A stretch of DNA of 64,000 nt. It comes from Octopus vulgaris (lineage: Eukaryota). Numbering within the stretch: the first letter of the stretch is position 1; the number at the start of each line of letters is the position of its first letter. The position numbers were made by a program, and so were the translations under genes. Below the pieces are notes generated by a model. That model was not told where the DNA came from and made no database searches. It was given only the letters and a program-made list of their open reading frames with translations. The stretch lies in assembly GCA_951406725.2 (NCBI GenBank), contig OX597814.1:34968001-35032000 (forward strand), read 5' to 3'. Positions 42,922-55,180 of the stretch are shown here, piece after piece.

Positions 42922-45900
42922 ATGCCGGATCCTAGGTCCTACCTTCTCACCCTCCATCACCGTTTGAAGGATCATCTACGTTCGCTTCCTGTATATTGCC
43001 TTCAGCCGTCCGTTAATCTCTCTCTACTTCTTTTTAAAAAAACCCGCTTCTCTAGCCATGTCTCTTTCCTAAGCCGCTGCCTACATCACCGACTCATCCC
43101 TAAAGGTTTCCGCCTCCACTTCCACCCTGCTCTCCACTCGGATTCTTCCATCTTACCCATACTCCGCACCACATCTTACCGCCTTATGCGGGCCACCATT
43201 CGCTCCAATCTCTCCAAACTACATGCCATCAACCGCCTTCTTCCTCCTGCTTTCTCCACCATCTTCTCCTCTCTGCCGCCTCTCTATGCTCCAAACACGC
43301 TACGCTTCATTATCCATTTGAATCAACTCTTCCATCAATTTCTTTCTGATACCAAACTTCGTAAACTCCAATCACTCTTCCATTCCACCCTACCCGACGC
43401 CACTACCCCAACTCCTCCACCACCCTTCTCCCCTCCCGATAGGCTCCATCCACCCACACCTAACCCCACTGCCCCTCCCTACAACCCCTTCTCCCCTCCC
43501 GTTAGGCTCCATCCACCTACACCTAACCCTACTGCCCCGCCTAACCACCCCCCACACACCTCTCCAATCCCTCCCCCTCAGACCTCCCCGAGACCTACCA
43601 CCCCTCCTACTTCTATTCCATCCACCCCTTCTCCACTTCCGTCTGTTGTTACCATTCCCCCCGATCTTCCCCTCTCTGCGGCTGAACGCTCCGTCCTTGG
43701 TAGGGGTCTGCGTTTCATCCCCCTCACTCCATCCTGTAAGGAATTCCAGACGCGAGTTGATGTCCACAGCTTTGTGCGCCGTGTCCGGTTGGGTGCGCAT
43801 TACCACGACTCGCCACCCACACCCAACGAAGAGGACGACTGCTTCACTGGCCTGGGCCGCCGACCATCCCCGTGGACGCCTGCCCCTGGCCAGATCCTAG
43901 CAGTGGATCTTTTCGCGGGCGCTTGTCAGCGTGCATTGGAGCGGTTCAACTTCTCCAGGCGCCAACGCCGCCTCAACATCTCCCCGGCTGAGCTCTTGGC
44001 TCTTCGTTCCCTCCAACGGCGCGCTGACATTATCATCAAACCGGCTGACAAGGGTGGAGCTGTAGTGGTGTGGCGCGCGGACCTCTATAGGGCCGAGGCT
44101 TTCCGCCAACTCAATGACACCTCCTTCTATTCCCCTCTGCCCTCTAACCCCACACGTAGCTACCAACAGACGGTATCCTCTACTGTCCAAGACCTCATCT
44201 CGTCCTCCCGTCTCTCCCGCACCGCATCCAACCTAATTGTGCGAACCCCACGTACCCCCACCATTTACTTCCTCCCCAAAATCCACAAACCCAACAACCC
44301 TGGCCGCCCCATCGTCTCCGCCTGTAACTGCCCCACGGAGCTCATCTCTAAATACCTCGACCGTGTCCTTGCCCCCCTAGTGGCATCTCTTCCCTCCCAC
44401 ATCCACGATACCAACCATGCTCTCCGGCTTTTCAACTCTTTCTCCTTTCCTCCCGGCTCCTCCAAAATCCTTTTTACTATGGACATCCAAAGCCTCTATA
44501 CTGTTATCCCTCACCACGAAGGACTGCAGGCCCTTCGACACTTTCTTGACCTCCGCTCTAACCCTGTACCTGACACCTCCACACTCATTCGTCTGGCCGA
44601 ACTTGTCCTTACTCTGAACTGCTTCTCGTTCGCGGGCGAGTTCTACCATCAGGTCTCGGGAGTGGCCATGGGAACGCGAATGGGCCCCAACTATGCGAAC
44701 CTGTTCGTTGGCTATGTTGAGGCCCAAATATTCTCTAATTTCACTGGTCCCACTCCTGAACTATATGGTCGTTATATTGACGACATTATCGGTGCCACCT
44801 CACTCTCCCGCGAACATCTAGATTCCTTCCTCTCTTTCGTCCAATCTTTCCATCCAGCCCTCCACTTCACTTCCACTATCTCCAACACCTCTGTCTCCTT
44901 CCTCGATATTTCGGTTAGCATTCTTCACTCTACTCTTACCACCTCCATTCACTACAAACACACAGACTCACACTCATACCTCAACTTCTCTTCCTCCCAC
45001 CCAGAACACACCAAGCTTTCCATCCCCTATTCCCAATTCCTCCGTCTACGTAGGCTCTGTAGTGACGACCATGACTTTGAGACTCAGTCTCAACGTATGG
45101 CTCACCACTTCACCCTACGTGGATACCCCCTCACCACTATCCACACCGCCCTTGCCAGAGCACGGTCCGTGGACCGTGTATCTGCTCTCTCTCCCCGAAC
45201 CCGCCCTGTAGTCTCCCGCCTCCCTTTTCCCCTCACTTACCACCCCACGACCCTACGTCTCCAACGCACCATTCTTCGAGCTTTCCGTCATCTCCAGTCC
45301 GACCCGTCCACTTCACACCTCTTCCCTAACCGACCCCTCCCCTCTTTCAAACGAGCCCACAACCTTCGAGACCTTTTGGTCCATAGCTCCTTCCCTGACC
45401 CTACCTCCCAACCCGGCTCGTTCCCCTGCTCCCGCCCACGTTGCCGCACTTGCCCTTACCTCTCCAACACCACCCGCCTCACTAGCACGCACCATCGACC
45501 CTATCCCATCATCCACTCCTTCACCTGCACCTCCAGCAATATTATCTATTGCATCTCTTGCTCTCTCTGCAATTCCTTGTACATCGGACAAACGGGACGC
45601 CGCTTGGCTGACCGGTTCGCGGAACACCTTCGTGACATCCACCTTGCGAACGACACACCGGTCTCACGCCATTTCCGCTCCACCGGTCACTCCTTGCAAC
45701 ACCTATCTGTGTTCGGTTTGTCCTTACACAGAGGCCATCCGGATTCCCGTTTGCGTCGTGAACAGGAATTAATCTTCTCTCTTCGCTCTTATACGCCATT
45801 TGGTCTCAACTCTCCCCCCTCCTCATCTAACCCCCTCTCCCCCTCCTCACCTATCCTTTCTCCCCCGACCCCTACTTCTTCAGTCCTTCATCCTTTCACC

Positions 45901-46161
45901 CCTACTCCCCTTCCCTTCTTCCCTCTTTCTCCCTCCCTCTTCCCCTTCCCTCTGCTCCCTCACTCCCTCTCTCCCCTTCTCTCTCCCCCTCTCCCTCTTT
46001 CCTCCTTCATCCCCCTCATCCCCTTCCTTCTCCCCATCCTCTCCTCTCCCCCTTCTCCTCCCCCTCTTCTTCCCCTCCCCTTCTCTCCCCCTCTTCTCCC
46101 CCTCCCCTCTTCTCCCCCTCCCCACTCTTCTCCCCCCTCTTCTCCTCACTACACCACATGA
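42922..46161 (+). CDS. PLE polyprotein: reverse transcriptase, Cys-rich linker and GIY-YIG endonuclease (1079 aa from first ATG)
   Basis: Uninterrupted frame; IIKPADKG, LPKIHK..PGRPIVS, MDIQSLYT, GVAMGTRMGPNYANL, RYIDD, SFLDI; linker CSRPRCRTC; IIYCISC..YIGQT.R.LADRFAEH; EQELI..FGLN. Confidence 0.95.
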   Translation: MPDPRSYLLTLHHRLKDHLRSLPVYCLQPSVNLSLLLFKKTRFSSHVSFLSRCLHHRLIPKGFRLHFHPALHSDSSILPILRTTSYRLMRATIRSNLSKLHAINRLLPPAFSTIFSSLPPLYAPNTLRFIIHLNQLFHQFLSDTKLRKLQSLFHSTLPDATTPTPPPPFSPPDRLHPPTPNPTAPPYNPFSPPVRLHPPTPNPTAPPNHPPHTSPIPPPQTSPRPTTPPTSIPSTPSPLPSVVTIPPDLPLSAAERSVLGRGLRFIPLTPSCKEFQTRVDVHSFVRRVRLGAHYHDSPPTPNEEDDCFTGLGRRPSPWTPAPGQILAVDLFAGACQRALERFNFSRRQRRLNISPAELLALRSLQRRADIIIKPADKGGAVVVWRADLYRAEAFRQLNDTSFYSPLPSNPTRSYQQTVSSTVQDLISSSRLSRTASNLIVRTPRTPTIYFLPKIHKPNNPGRPIVSACNCPTELISKYLDRVLAPLVASLPSHIHDTNHALRLFNSFSFPPGSSKILFTMDIQSLYTVIPHHEGLQALRHFLDLRSNPVPDTSTLIRLAELVLTLNCFSFAGEFYHQVSGVAMGTRMGPNYANLFVGYVEAQIFSNFTGPTPELYGRYIDDIIGATSLSREHLDSFLSFVQSFHPALHFTSTISNTSVSFLDISVSILHSTLTTSIHYKHTDSHSYLNFSSSHPEHTKLSIPYSQFLRLRRLCSDDHDFETQSQRMAHHFTLRGYPLTTIHTALARARSVDRVSALSPRTRPVVSRLPFPLTYHPTTLRLQRTILRAFRHLQSDPSTSHLFPNRPLPSFKRAHNLRDLLVHSSFPDPTSQPGSFPCSRPRCRTCPYLSNTTRLTSTHHRPYPIIHSFTCTSSNIIYCISCSLCNSLYIGQTGRRLADRFAEHLRDIHLANDTPVSRHFRSTGHSLQHLSVFGLSLHRGHPDSRLRREQELIFSLRSYTPFGLNSPPSSSNPLSPSSPILSPPTPTSSVLHPFTPTPLPFFPLSPSLFPFPLLPHSLSPLLSPPLPLSSFIPLIPFLLPILSSPPSPPPLLPLPFSPPLLPLPSSPPPHSSPPSSPHYTT

Positions 46162-46203
46162 CTTTACACATCACATCACATATGATGTGCCATACTAATA
46201 CAC

Positions 46204-46829
46204 ACACCAACTAATACATACTAATACGTACTAATACATACTAGTACATACTAATACTTACACCAACCCTATACATACACACGTCCAGACCCCGCATACG
46301 CACTTATACTCTCTCACACACACACACACACCTATACATACCAATACGTACTAATACATACTAATACATACTAATACATACACCAACCCCATACATACGC
46401 ACGTCCAGACCAATCTTACGCACTAATACTCTCTCATACACACACACACACACACACACCCTTATACATACTAATACATACACCAACCCTATACATACAC
46501 ACATCCAGACCCCTCCCACGCACTTTTAGCTGGTCCCTCAACCCATTTATCAACCCTATTATCTCCCCTTATTTCGCTCTCGCGTCTCATGTTTGATCTT
46601 TGACCTCTGGCCGAAATCAGATCGCCATGTTGATTCGTTAGCTACTGCACGCATTTTTTTTCTCTCCTTCTTTCTGTGTTTTTCTCTCTGTGTATCTTTC
46701 TGTTGAAGAGCGTAGGCTCGAAACGTTAAAGACTTGTTTTATTTATATTTCCTGAGCGCCATACTAATACAATTGTTCGTTTGTTTTCCACCTGCCTTCG
46801 TCTTTTGTTTATTTTCATAAAGCTTCCCG

Positions 46830-46837
<8 letters not shown>
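46204..46837 (+). repeat. 3' pseudo-LTR of the PLE
   Basis: Direct repeat of 41627-42258; contains atactaatac decamer repeats and three copies of a ~100-125-bp unit. Confidence 0.95.
46695..46732 (+). ncRNA. Minimal hammerhead-ribozyme-like motif in 3' pLTR
   Basis: Identical to 42122-42159. Confidence 0.65.
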
Positions 46838-46875
<38 letters not shown>

Positions 46876-47029
46876 TCGCACACATGCATGCACACACATA
46901 CACACATATACAAACACAGAGTTTATTGAAACTAAATTTTTGAATCACAACTCGGGTTTCTACGCCACTGCGATCTCATAAATGATTCATAATGAATAAC
47001 AGTGGTGTTTAAGATACTTCAAGGTGGTT

Positions 47030-47330
47030 GCATCAGCCTCTCCGTCGGTTACGACGATGAGGGTTGCAGTTGATCTGATCAGCCGAACAACCTGCTCGAG
47101 AAAATAAACGTACTAGTGCCTGAGCACTCCGCAGATACGCGTTCACTGGGTGATTCAGGTGCGACATATAATATGACAAGGATGGCCCTCTAAAGTAAAG
47201 GTACTACTCATTCGTGCCAGCTGAGTTCACTGGAGTAACGTGAAATAAAGTGTCTTGCTTAAGGACAAAAGGCACTGCCTGGAATCGAACTTATGACCTT
47301 ACGAACATGAACTGAATAACTTAGGTTTGC
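47030..47330 (-). mobile_element. Diverged SINE sharing its 3' module with the 27827 copy
   Basis: ctccgtcggttacgacgatgagggtt..; head remnant ggaatcgaac. Confidence 0.75.
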
Positions 47331-47413
47331 ATGCTTTGAATATCTGTCCCACTTCAGGACTTCATGAGACAATATATCGGAGTGAGAATATAGCATATGT
47401 TACCATAACATCA

Positions 47414-47716
47414 GTGGAGGCACATGGCCTAGGGATTAGAGCAGCGGACTCGTGGTCGAGGGATCGCGGGTTCGAATCTCAGACCGGGCGATGTGTGTGC
47501 TTATGAGCGAAACACCTATGCTCCACGCGGCTCCGGCAGAAGTTAATGGCAAACTTCTGCTGACTCTTTCGTCACAACATTCTCTCACTCTTTCCTCCTG
47601 CATCTTGCAGCTCACCTGCGATGGACCGGCATCCTGTCCAGGTGGGGAACCTATACGCCAAGGAAACCGGGAAACAGGCCCTAATGAGCCAGGCGTGCCT
47701 CGAGAAGGAACAAACA
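47414..47716 (+). mobile_element. tRNA-derived SINE with 12-bp TSD
   Basis: TSD accataacatca at 47402 and 47717; B box ggttcgaatc. Confidence 0.92.
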
Positions 47717-48567
47717 ACCATAACATCATGTCATAAGAGACTTGTGAATGAAAATGTGAGCATGGAGTATGTGTGAAAGATCGTTTGATGAATAATATCT
47801 GTAATTTAAGGGTTCATCCTCCCTATTCTGATTCACGCTGTTTCCATTTCCATCTGAGAAATATTTTAAAGGGTCACTTATTTATAGAATGTTCCGCTGC
47901 TTATATACTAGTTTAAGGAATAGGCAATTCATTTGACTCAACAACCGACCGAGGTCCAAATATATGAGTATATAAACATATATGTGCATATGTGTGTGAG
48001 TATATTTCTGTGTGTTTCTGTGTATGAGCATGTACGAATATGTGTTCGTGTTTGTGCGTGTACAGATGTGAGTCCATGGTGTGCGAATATATGTAGCTAG
48101 AGTATCAGGTTTTATGTACGAAATATAACCTGCCCCACTTTTCCTTCGATCGGTGCAAATTTACCTCATCTGTTTTACATTCAGTTAAATGAAAGATTTA
48201 CACTTAAAATAATAAGAAAATAGCATCATGTGACTATTACATATACACACTTCAATGTGTATATTTGTATTTATGTGTTTGTGTCTGAACTTGAGTGTGT
48301 GTCTGTATGTTTGTTTGTATGAAAATCGGTTCGTTGATTGGCATTTCCTTTCTCGAGAAAAGGAGACAAGCAAATAAATAAATAAATGAAAAATTATTTC
48401 ATTTTTGTTTCTCAAGTGTCTCAGAACTTAATGTTTATGCAATTAAATTTATTTCATATTTCTTCTATTTCAATATTCATAAACACCTATTTCTGTATAT
48501 GTCTGCGCTATAACTAGAGAGTAAGAGATTCTTAATGCATGGAGTTATATCAAAATAATAGCCGTTG

Positions 48568-49490
48568 TTCTTCATCACGTAGTGAGGAGAGTTAGCGATA
48601 AAAAGGGGAAAAACAATAATACATATTGTAGTCATTCGTCTTTGTCACGTTGTCTGTGTGTTTGCAAAATTACCGGAAAACGGCTGAACGGATTTTCACC
48701 AAATTTGGCAGAAATACTCATTGGGTGAGTGGCTCCAACTCATTATTTTGGTTTGATTATCTTCAAAACTGGCGGACGGGTGATTCAAGATGTTTTTTTT
48801 CTTCTTTGTTTATATATGCATAAACGATAAGCAAAGAAATAACTCTTGATGTCATTTTGTTGAAATATGAATTCGTCTGAGAAAATATTAAATTTTAATT
48901 TATCCTTGTGTGCACACGGGGTATGCATCGCCTCCCCAATGACTTTGTTTTTTCATTCTTTATATGTTAATGTAGCCCATTGAAGTATGATTTAAGGTTG
49001 GTATGGAAGTCCTGTGTTTTCGTACAATTTTGTCTTGGTATCTGCTATCTTTGAGTGTTTTTGTATCTTTCAAAGCCAAAATGGATTCATTTCATTTTAT
49101 ATTTTGGATTATTATGTTTTATATATTTTATATTCTGGATTGTTATATTTTGGATTATTATATGATTATTACATGAGTTGGATTATTATATGTCTTTATG
49201 TCCTACCTGCCCCACCCAACTCTTTTTATAAAAGCTGTTCGCTGATTAAGTATCAACATTTTTGGTGTAAAATAAAGTTAGTGGGAAGTGAAAAATATTT
49301 CGTTTTCTTTTTCTTCTCTTTTTGGAAATGGACCAGAAACATTATTTATCCAACTGAGTTTCTTTCCGATTTCGCTTTCCCTTACGGCTGTGTCCGTAAA
49401 AAATGTGGTCCTAAATCTTCGTATATCACCAGTAGTGGGTAATACATAACCAGTTTATCATGCTACATTCGTGGGATAGCCTTCGTTTTA
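48568..49490 (+). mobile_element. Putative Helentron/HINE-like non-autonomous element
   Basis: tgtctgtgtgtttg..aacggctgaacggattttcaccaaattt core; first ~125 bp recur inverted at 51003-51123; right end uncertain. Confidence 0.45.
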
Positions 49491-49603
49491 AATCAGAGAA
49501 ATATCACGAGCATTGTGTTGCATAATTTTAAAGGTAAGTATGGAGATAGAGAAATATATACATATATATGTATATCTATCTATATCTATCTATATATATA
49601 TAT

Positions 49604-49695
<92 letters not shown>

Positions 49696-50155
49696 ACACA
49701 CACATATATATGCATATCTATGTACATAGACATGCACACATACATACACACACATACATATGTGCGTATCAATTATTGCAGTTCGACGAAGATTAAAAAT
49801 TGCAAAGTCACTGTCAATAATATTCTTGCTTGAGAAATAAATTTGTACTATTCAAAAGTTTAGAGTAACCCATAAGATTAAATTTAAAATTCTTTCTATT
49901 GTAACTGAACGCAAAGATATCAGACGTTTGTATGTATGTATGTATGTCATTATGCAGTTTTATTTCAAGATTTCTTGCCAATAGAGAAAGATCCGAGTTC
50001 TAACCTAGATCCAAGGCTCCCTCATTGAAATTTCACCAACAAGATATTTTCTATGTATGTATGTATGTATGTATGTATGTATGTATGTATGTATGTATGT
50101 ATGTATGTATGTATGTATGTATGTATGCATGCATGCATGTATGTATGTATGTATG

Positions 50156-50186
<31 letters not shown>

Positions 50187-50329
50187 GTATGTATGTATGT
50201 ATGTATGTATGTAAGTATGTATGTATGTGTGTATGTATGTATGTGTGTACGAATACGTGCAGATTTGTATGCTTTGTTTTATGCATGTCTTCTCAATCAT
50301 ATACTTGCATATCTACATATGTTCATATA

Positions 50330-50715
50330 TACTTAAGTGATAAACTTAGGGAAAGTTTTACTGATTTTTACAGTTCCAATAATGGCTTGATCTTTAGTCT
50401 TTGAATCAGTTTTCTCCTTTCTGATTTTGAGAAGCCTAATTTCTCAAGATTGGTATTTTTGGGCAGTGTATTACGTATCCTAGCGCCCCAATAATTACAG
50501 GTATGAACCTGAACTTGTAATCTGGATAGAGTAACTGCAGATTTCTCAGTAGTTCAGCGTCGGTATGCACTTTTACACTGATCTTCAGCTTTATGTTAAC
50601 GTCCGCTGAGCAGCTGATTTATACGTCTGTACATAGATTTTCTTCTCTCTGCCAAATAATTACATCAGGTCTATTGTGTTTACATTTTATTGTGGTTTTC
50701 ACTGGTACATTCATA
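50330..50715 (-). mobile_element. R4/Dong-like LINE 3' fragment (REL endonuclease)
   Basis: KHNRPDVIIWQRE..C; FIPVIIGALG. Confidence 0.75.
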
Positions 50716-50926
50716 TGTATGTATGCATGTATGATTGTGTATGTGTGTGCACGTATATGTTGAATATATGTATGTGCGTATGTATGCATGTATATATATA
50801 TATATACATACAGACTTACATACACACACACACACACACATATATATATAAATGTATATATATATATATATATATATATACATTATTTAAAATTGATGGA
50901 TATTTGTACTCATCTTGTTTATTATT

Positions 50927-50972
50927 AACACAACGTTTCGGCTGATATACCCTTCAGCCTTCATCAGGTGTC
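50927..50972 (-). ncRNA. Type I minimal hammerhead ribozyme, canonical core
   Basis: Minus strand: GACAC CUGAUGA A GGCUGA-agggUAUA-UCAGCC GAA ACGUU GUGUU; helix I GACAC/GUGUU, 6-bp helix II. Confidence 0.8.
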
Positions 50973-51289
50973 TCGGGGAAATTTCGAACCTGGGTTCGAA
51001 CCTCCGTTCAGCCGTTTTCCAGTAATTTTGCAAACACACAAAGAGACTTAGACGAGTGACTACGATATGTATTGTTGTTTTCCCCCCTCTTTTTCGCTAA
51101 CTCTGTCACTATGTGATGAAGAATGTGTAGTGGCTAGCGATCTATCATATGACGCCATCCTTCCTGCATATATACGAAAAATTTCGCTTCGGTAGGCTTT
51201 TATGCTTAGAGTACACATATGTAGTGCACGGAGTACACGTATGTAGTGTACGGAGTACACATATGTAGTCCACAAAACAAAACGAGAAG

Positions 51290-51453
51290 CCAATTGAGAA
51301 GATTCGGCAAACAGTCATGAAAAACCGTCGTGTAACAATCCTAGAATGATACTCAAGAAGTAGTAATAAGCTCATTCTGTTTTAACGGAGTATTAGTGCA
51401 CACGGAGGGTGTCGCCTAAAAAATAAAGTCGAATACTTTTGAATCACCTCGTA
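51290..51453 (+). mobile_element. Small mariner remnant
   Basis: EKIRQTVMKNRRVTI and terminal tactttttgaatcacctcgta. Confidence 0.55.
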
Positions 51454-51844
51454 AACCAAGCTGTCTTAGTCAAGAACAACACACCACTTGTTCGAAAGTC
51501 CCCCTTACTCTTCCAGCTTCCCTCTTCCTCAAACTGTAAACCACGCCGTAAAGCAAGTAATTCGAGTAGCGAGAGGAAGTTATGAGAAAAGCGAGCGAGA
51601 AAGTTAGATAACCACACGTTTACATCATTTGTTCCAACGCACACTGTACCATTCTGGTTGTTTGAGATTCTGCAGTGGGTGTCATAAGTGCAGTTGCATG
51701 CTTTACATCAGCGGATCAACACGTTATTACATTATGTCAAGAACTAAAGTGTGAAGCTGGGTACATTTTATAAGTAGTTTGAGAGGAAAGTATACACATA
51801 CATAATACATATGCATAAGAACGTATATACTTATATATATGAGC

Positions 51845-51960
51845 TGTAGGTGTTTTCTTTTCCTTCTTTGGACTTTTCGCTTTCTCCTTTCCGGTGAAGA
51901 GCTTTGCTTGAAACGTCAAACACTCCCTCCTTTTACCGAGCGACCAACTAATACATTCCC
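51845..51960 (+). mobile_element. Solo pLTR remnant related to the main PLE, with decayed hammerhead
   Basis: gtgaagagctttgcttgaaacgtcaaa...gagcgaccaactaataca parallels ttgaagagcgtaggctcgaaacgttaaa...gagcgccatactaataca. Confidence 0.6.
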
Positions 51961-52096
51961 TGTGCACGTCCTATTGCTGTCTGTTATTTTAAATTTTATT
52001 ATTCGTTTATTTGAATTGATTATTTATTTGAATTGACAGACATATGTATATAGATATACATTTGTACACATATGTATACAAATACACAAGTGTATG

Positions 52097-53749
<1,653 letters not shown>

Positions 53750-53946
53750 GTTTCAAATTTTGGCACGAGGCCACCAATTTTAGGGCACGAGCTAGTCGAT
53801 TACATCAACCAGTACTTATTGTATCGATCCCGAAATGATGAAAGGCAAAGTCGACCTCGGCGGAACTTGAACTCAGAACGCAAAGATGGACAAAATGCCG
53901 CTAAGCATTTCGCCGGGCGTGCAAACGATTCTGCCAACTCACCGCC
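53750..53946 (-). mobile_element. Nin-domain SINE inserted in (AAT)n
   Basis: Reverse complement of ggcggtgagttggcagaatcg head and Nin core. Confidence 0.88.
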
Positions 53947-53985
53947 TTAATAATAATGATGATGATGATGATGATGGTGATGATC

Positions 53986-54030
<45 letters not shown>

Positions 54031-54275
54031 TCCGATATAAATGTTGGTTGTCTGATTTCTCCACTCTTGATTTACAGTGTATAAGAAGAAGAGAAGAAAG
54101 ATTTAAAAGAAAGGTGCAAAGTGAGAGGGGAAAGAGAGAGAGTTAAAATTTAAAAGTGCATGATGTGCGCACATACTACGCTTGGTGGCAGACATTAAGT
54201 AAATGAACGATACACACACAGTGCGAGAGAAAGAACCTTCGTGATAATAGTAGCAGGAGAATGTGATGAAGAGGA

Positions 54276-54320
<45 letters not shown>

Positions 54321-54687
54321 GTAGAGAGAGTGGGTGAGTGTGTATGTGAACTATAACACATAAAATCAATACACATAAAGTACTTTATTTATTTTTTGAA
54401 TATTATTACTGTTAATTTTATTTTAAGGTAATAAAATATTCTTCTCTTAAAAATTAATATTCATTTTAAAATTTTGCATAAGCTGCAGACAATTTTATAA
54501 AAGTTAAATTATGGTTATTGTGTTTATACTATATTTCCTGATATTACTAATTCTGACACTGTAGTTCACATACATACATACAATCTTACATACATACATA
54601 CATGCTTGCATGCATGCATGCATGCATACATACATACATACATACATACATACATACATACATACATACATGCATGCATACATACAT

Positions 54688-55180
54688 GGTGGTCGTCTAC
54701 TTATGCAGAGTTTGGCCACTGTACTTACACCTTAACACCAGCATGGCATCTGATGTGGCTTTTTAAACCAGACAATGTTCTGAAAAGACACCCACATAGA
54801 TCGCACCTCCGATATGGACCACCAAGACATGCAGATAAGTTCTGCTCTTTGTGGATCTTAAAATGTCTTTTGTGGCCTCCGTTGGATTTGCAAACCTTCT
54901 GGCATACATTGCATTCAAAGGTGTGCACCGACATATAGGCAGAATAGTTGGTAGAGGTTCATTTTCCATGCGTTCGCAAATGAGATTTGAACCCAGCAAA
55001 AGAGAGGCATGGTCTGTCACAGACGGTGCACACAAAAAGGTCATTGTCATTCACCTTCTCGATCGTTACATTCTTCCTTAGATCACTTTTGAGTCTTACT
55101 TGCGTAATCCTGGCCTCTTCAAATGCTTTCACTCCACTCCACACCTTTGTTCGCTATCCAACTCGATTCGAAGTAAGAGT
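54688..55180 (-). mobile_element. RTE-type LINE 3' end with three C2H2 zinc fingers and (TATG)n tail
   Basis: GVKAFEEAR; CTVCDRPCLSFAGFKSHLRTH; CNVCQKVCKSNGGHKRHFKIH; CDLCGCLFRTLSGLKSHIRCH. Confidence 0.8.

Larger units (their letters stand above)
41627..46837 (+). mobile_element. Full-length Penelope-like retroelement (PLE, probably Neptune-type) with direct pseudo-LTRs
   Basis: Single long RT+GIY-YIG ORF between ~630-bp direct repeats (41627-42258, 46204-46837); 3' end runs into (TA)n. Confidence 0.95.

Noticed and set aside
42922-46161. Selenocysteine recoding as in some Naiad PLEs
   Set aside because: No in-frame TGA within the conserved domains
41627-46837. LTR retrotransposon interpretation
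   Set aside because: No TG..CA ends, gag, protease or integrase; RT and GIY-YIG are PLE-type
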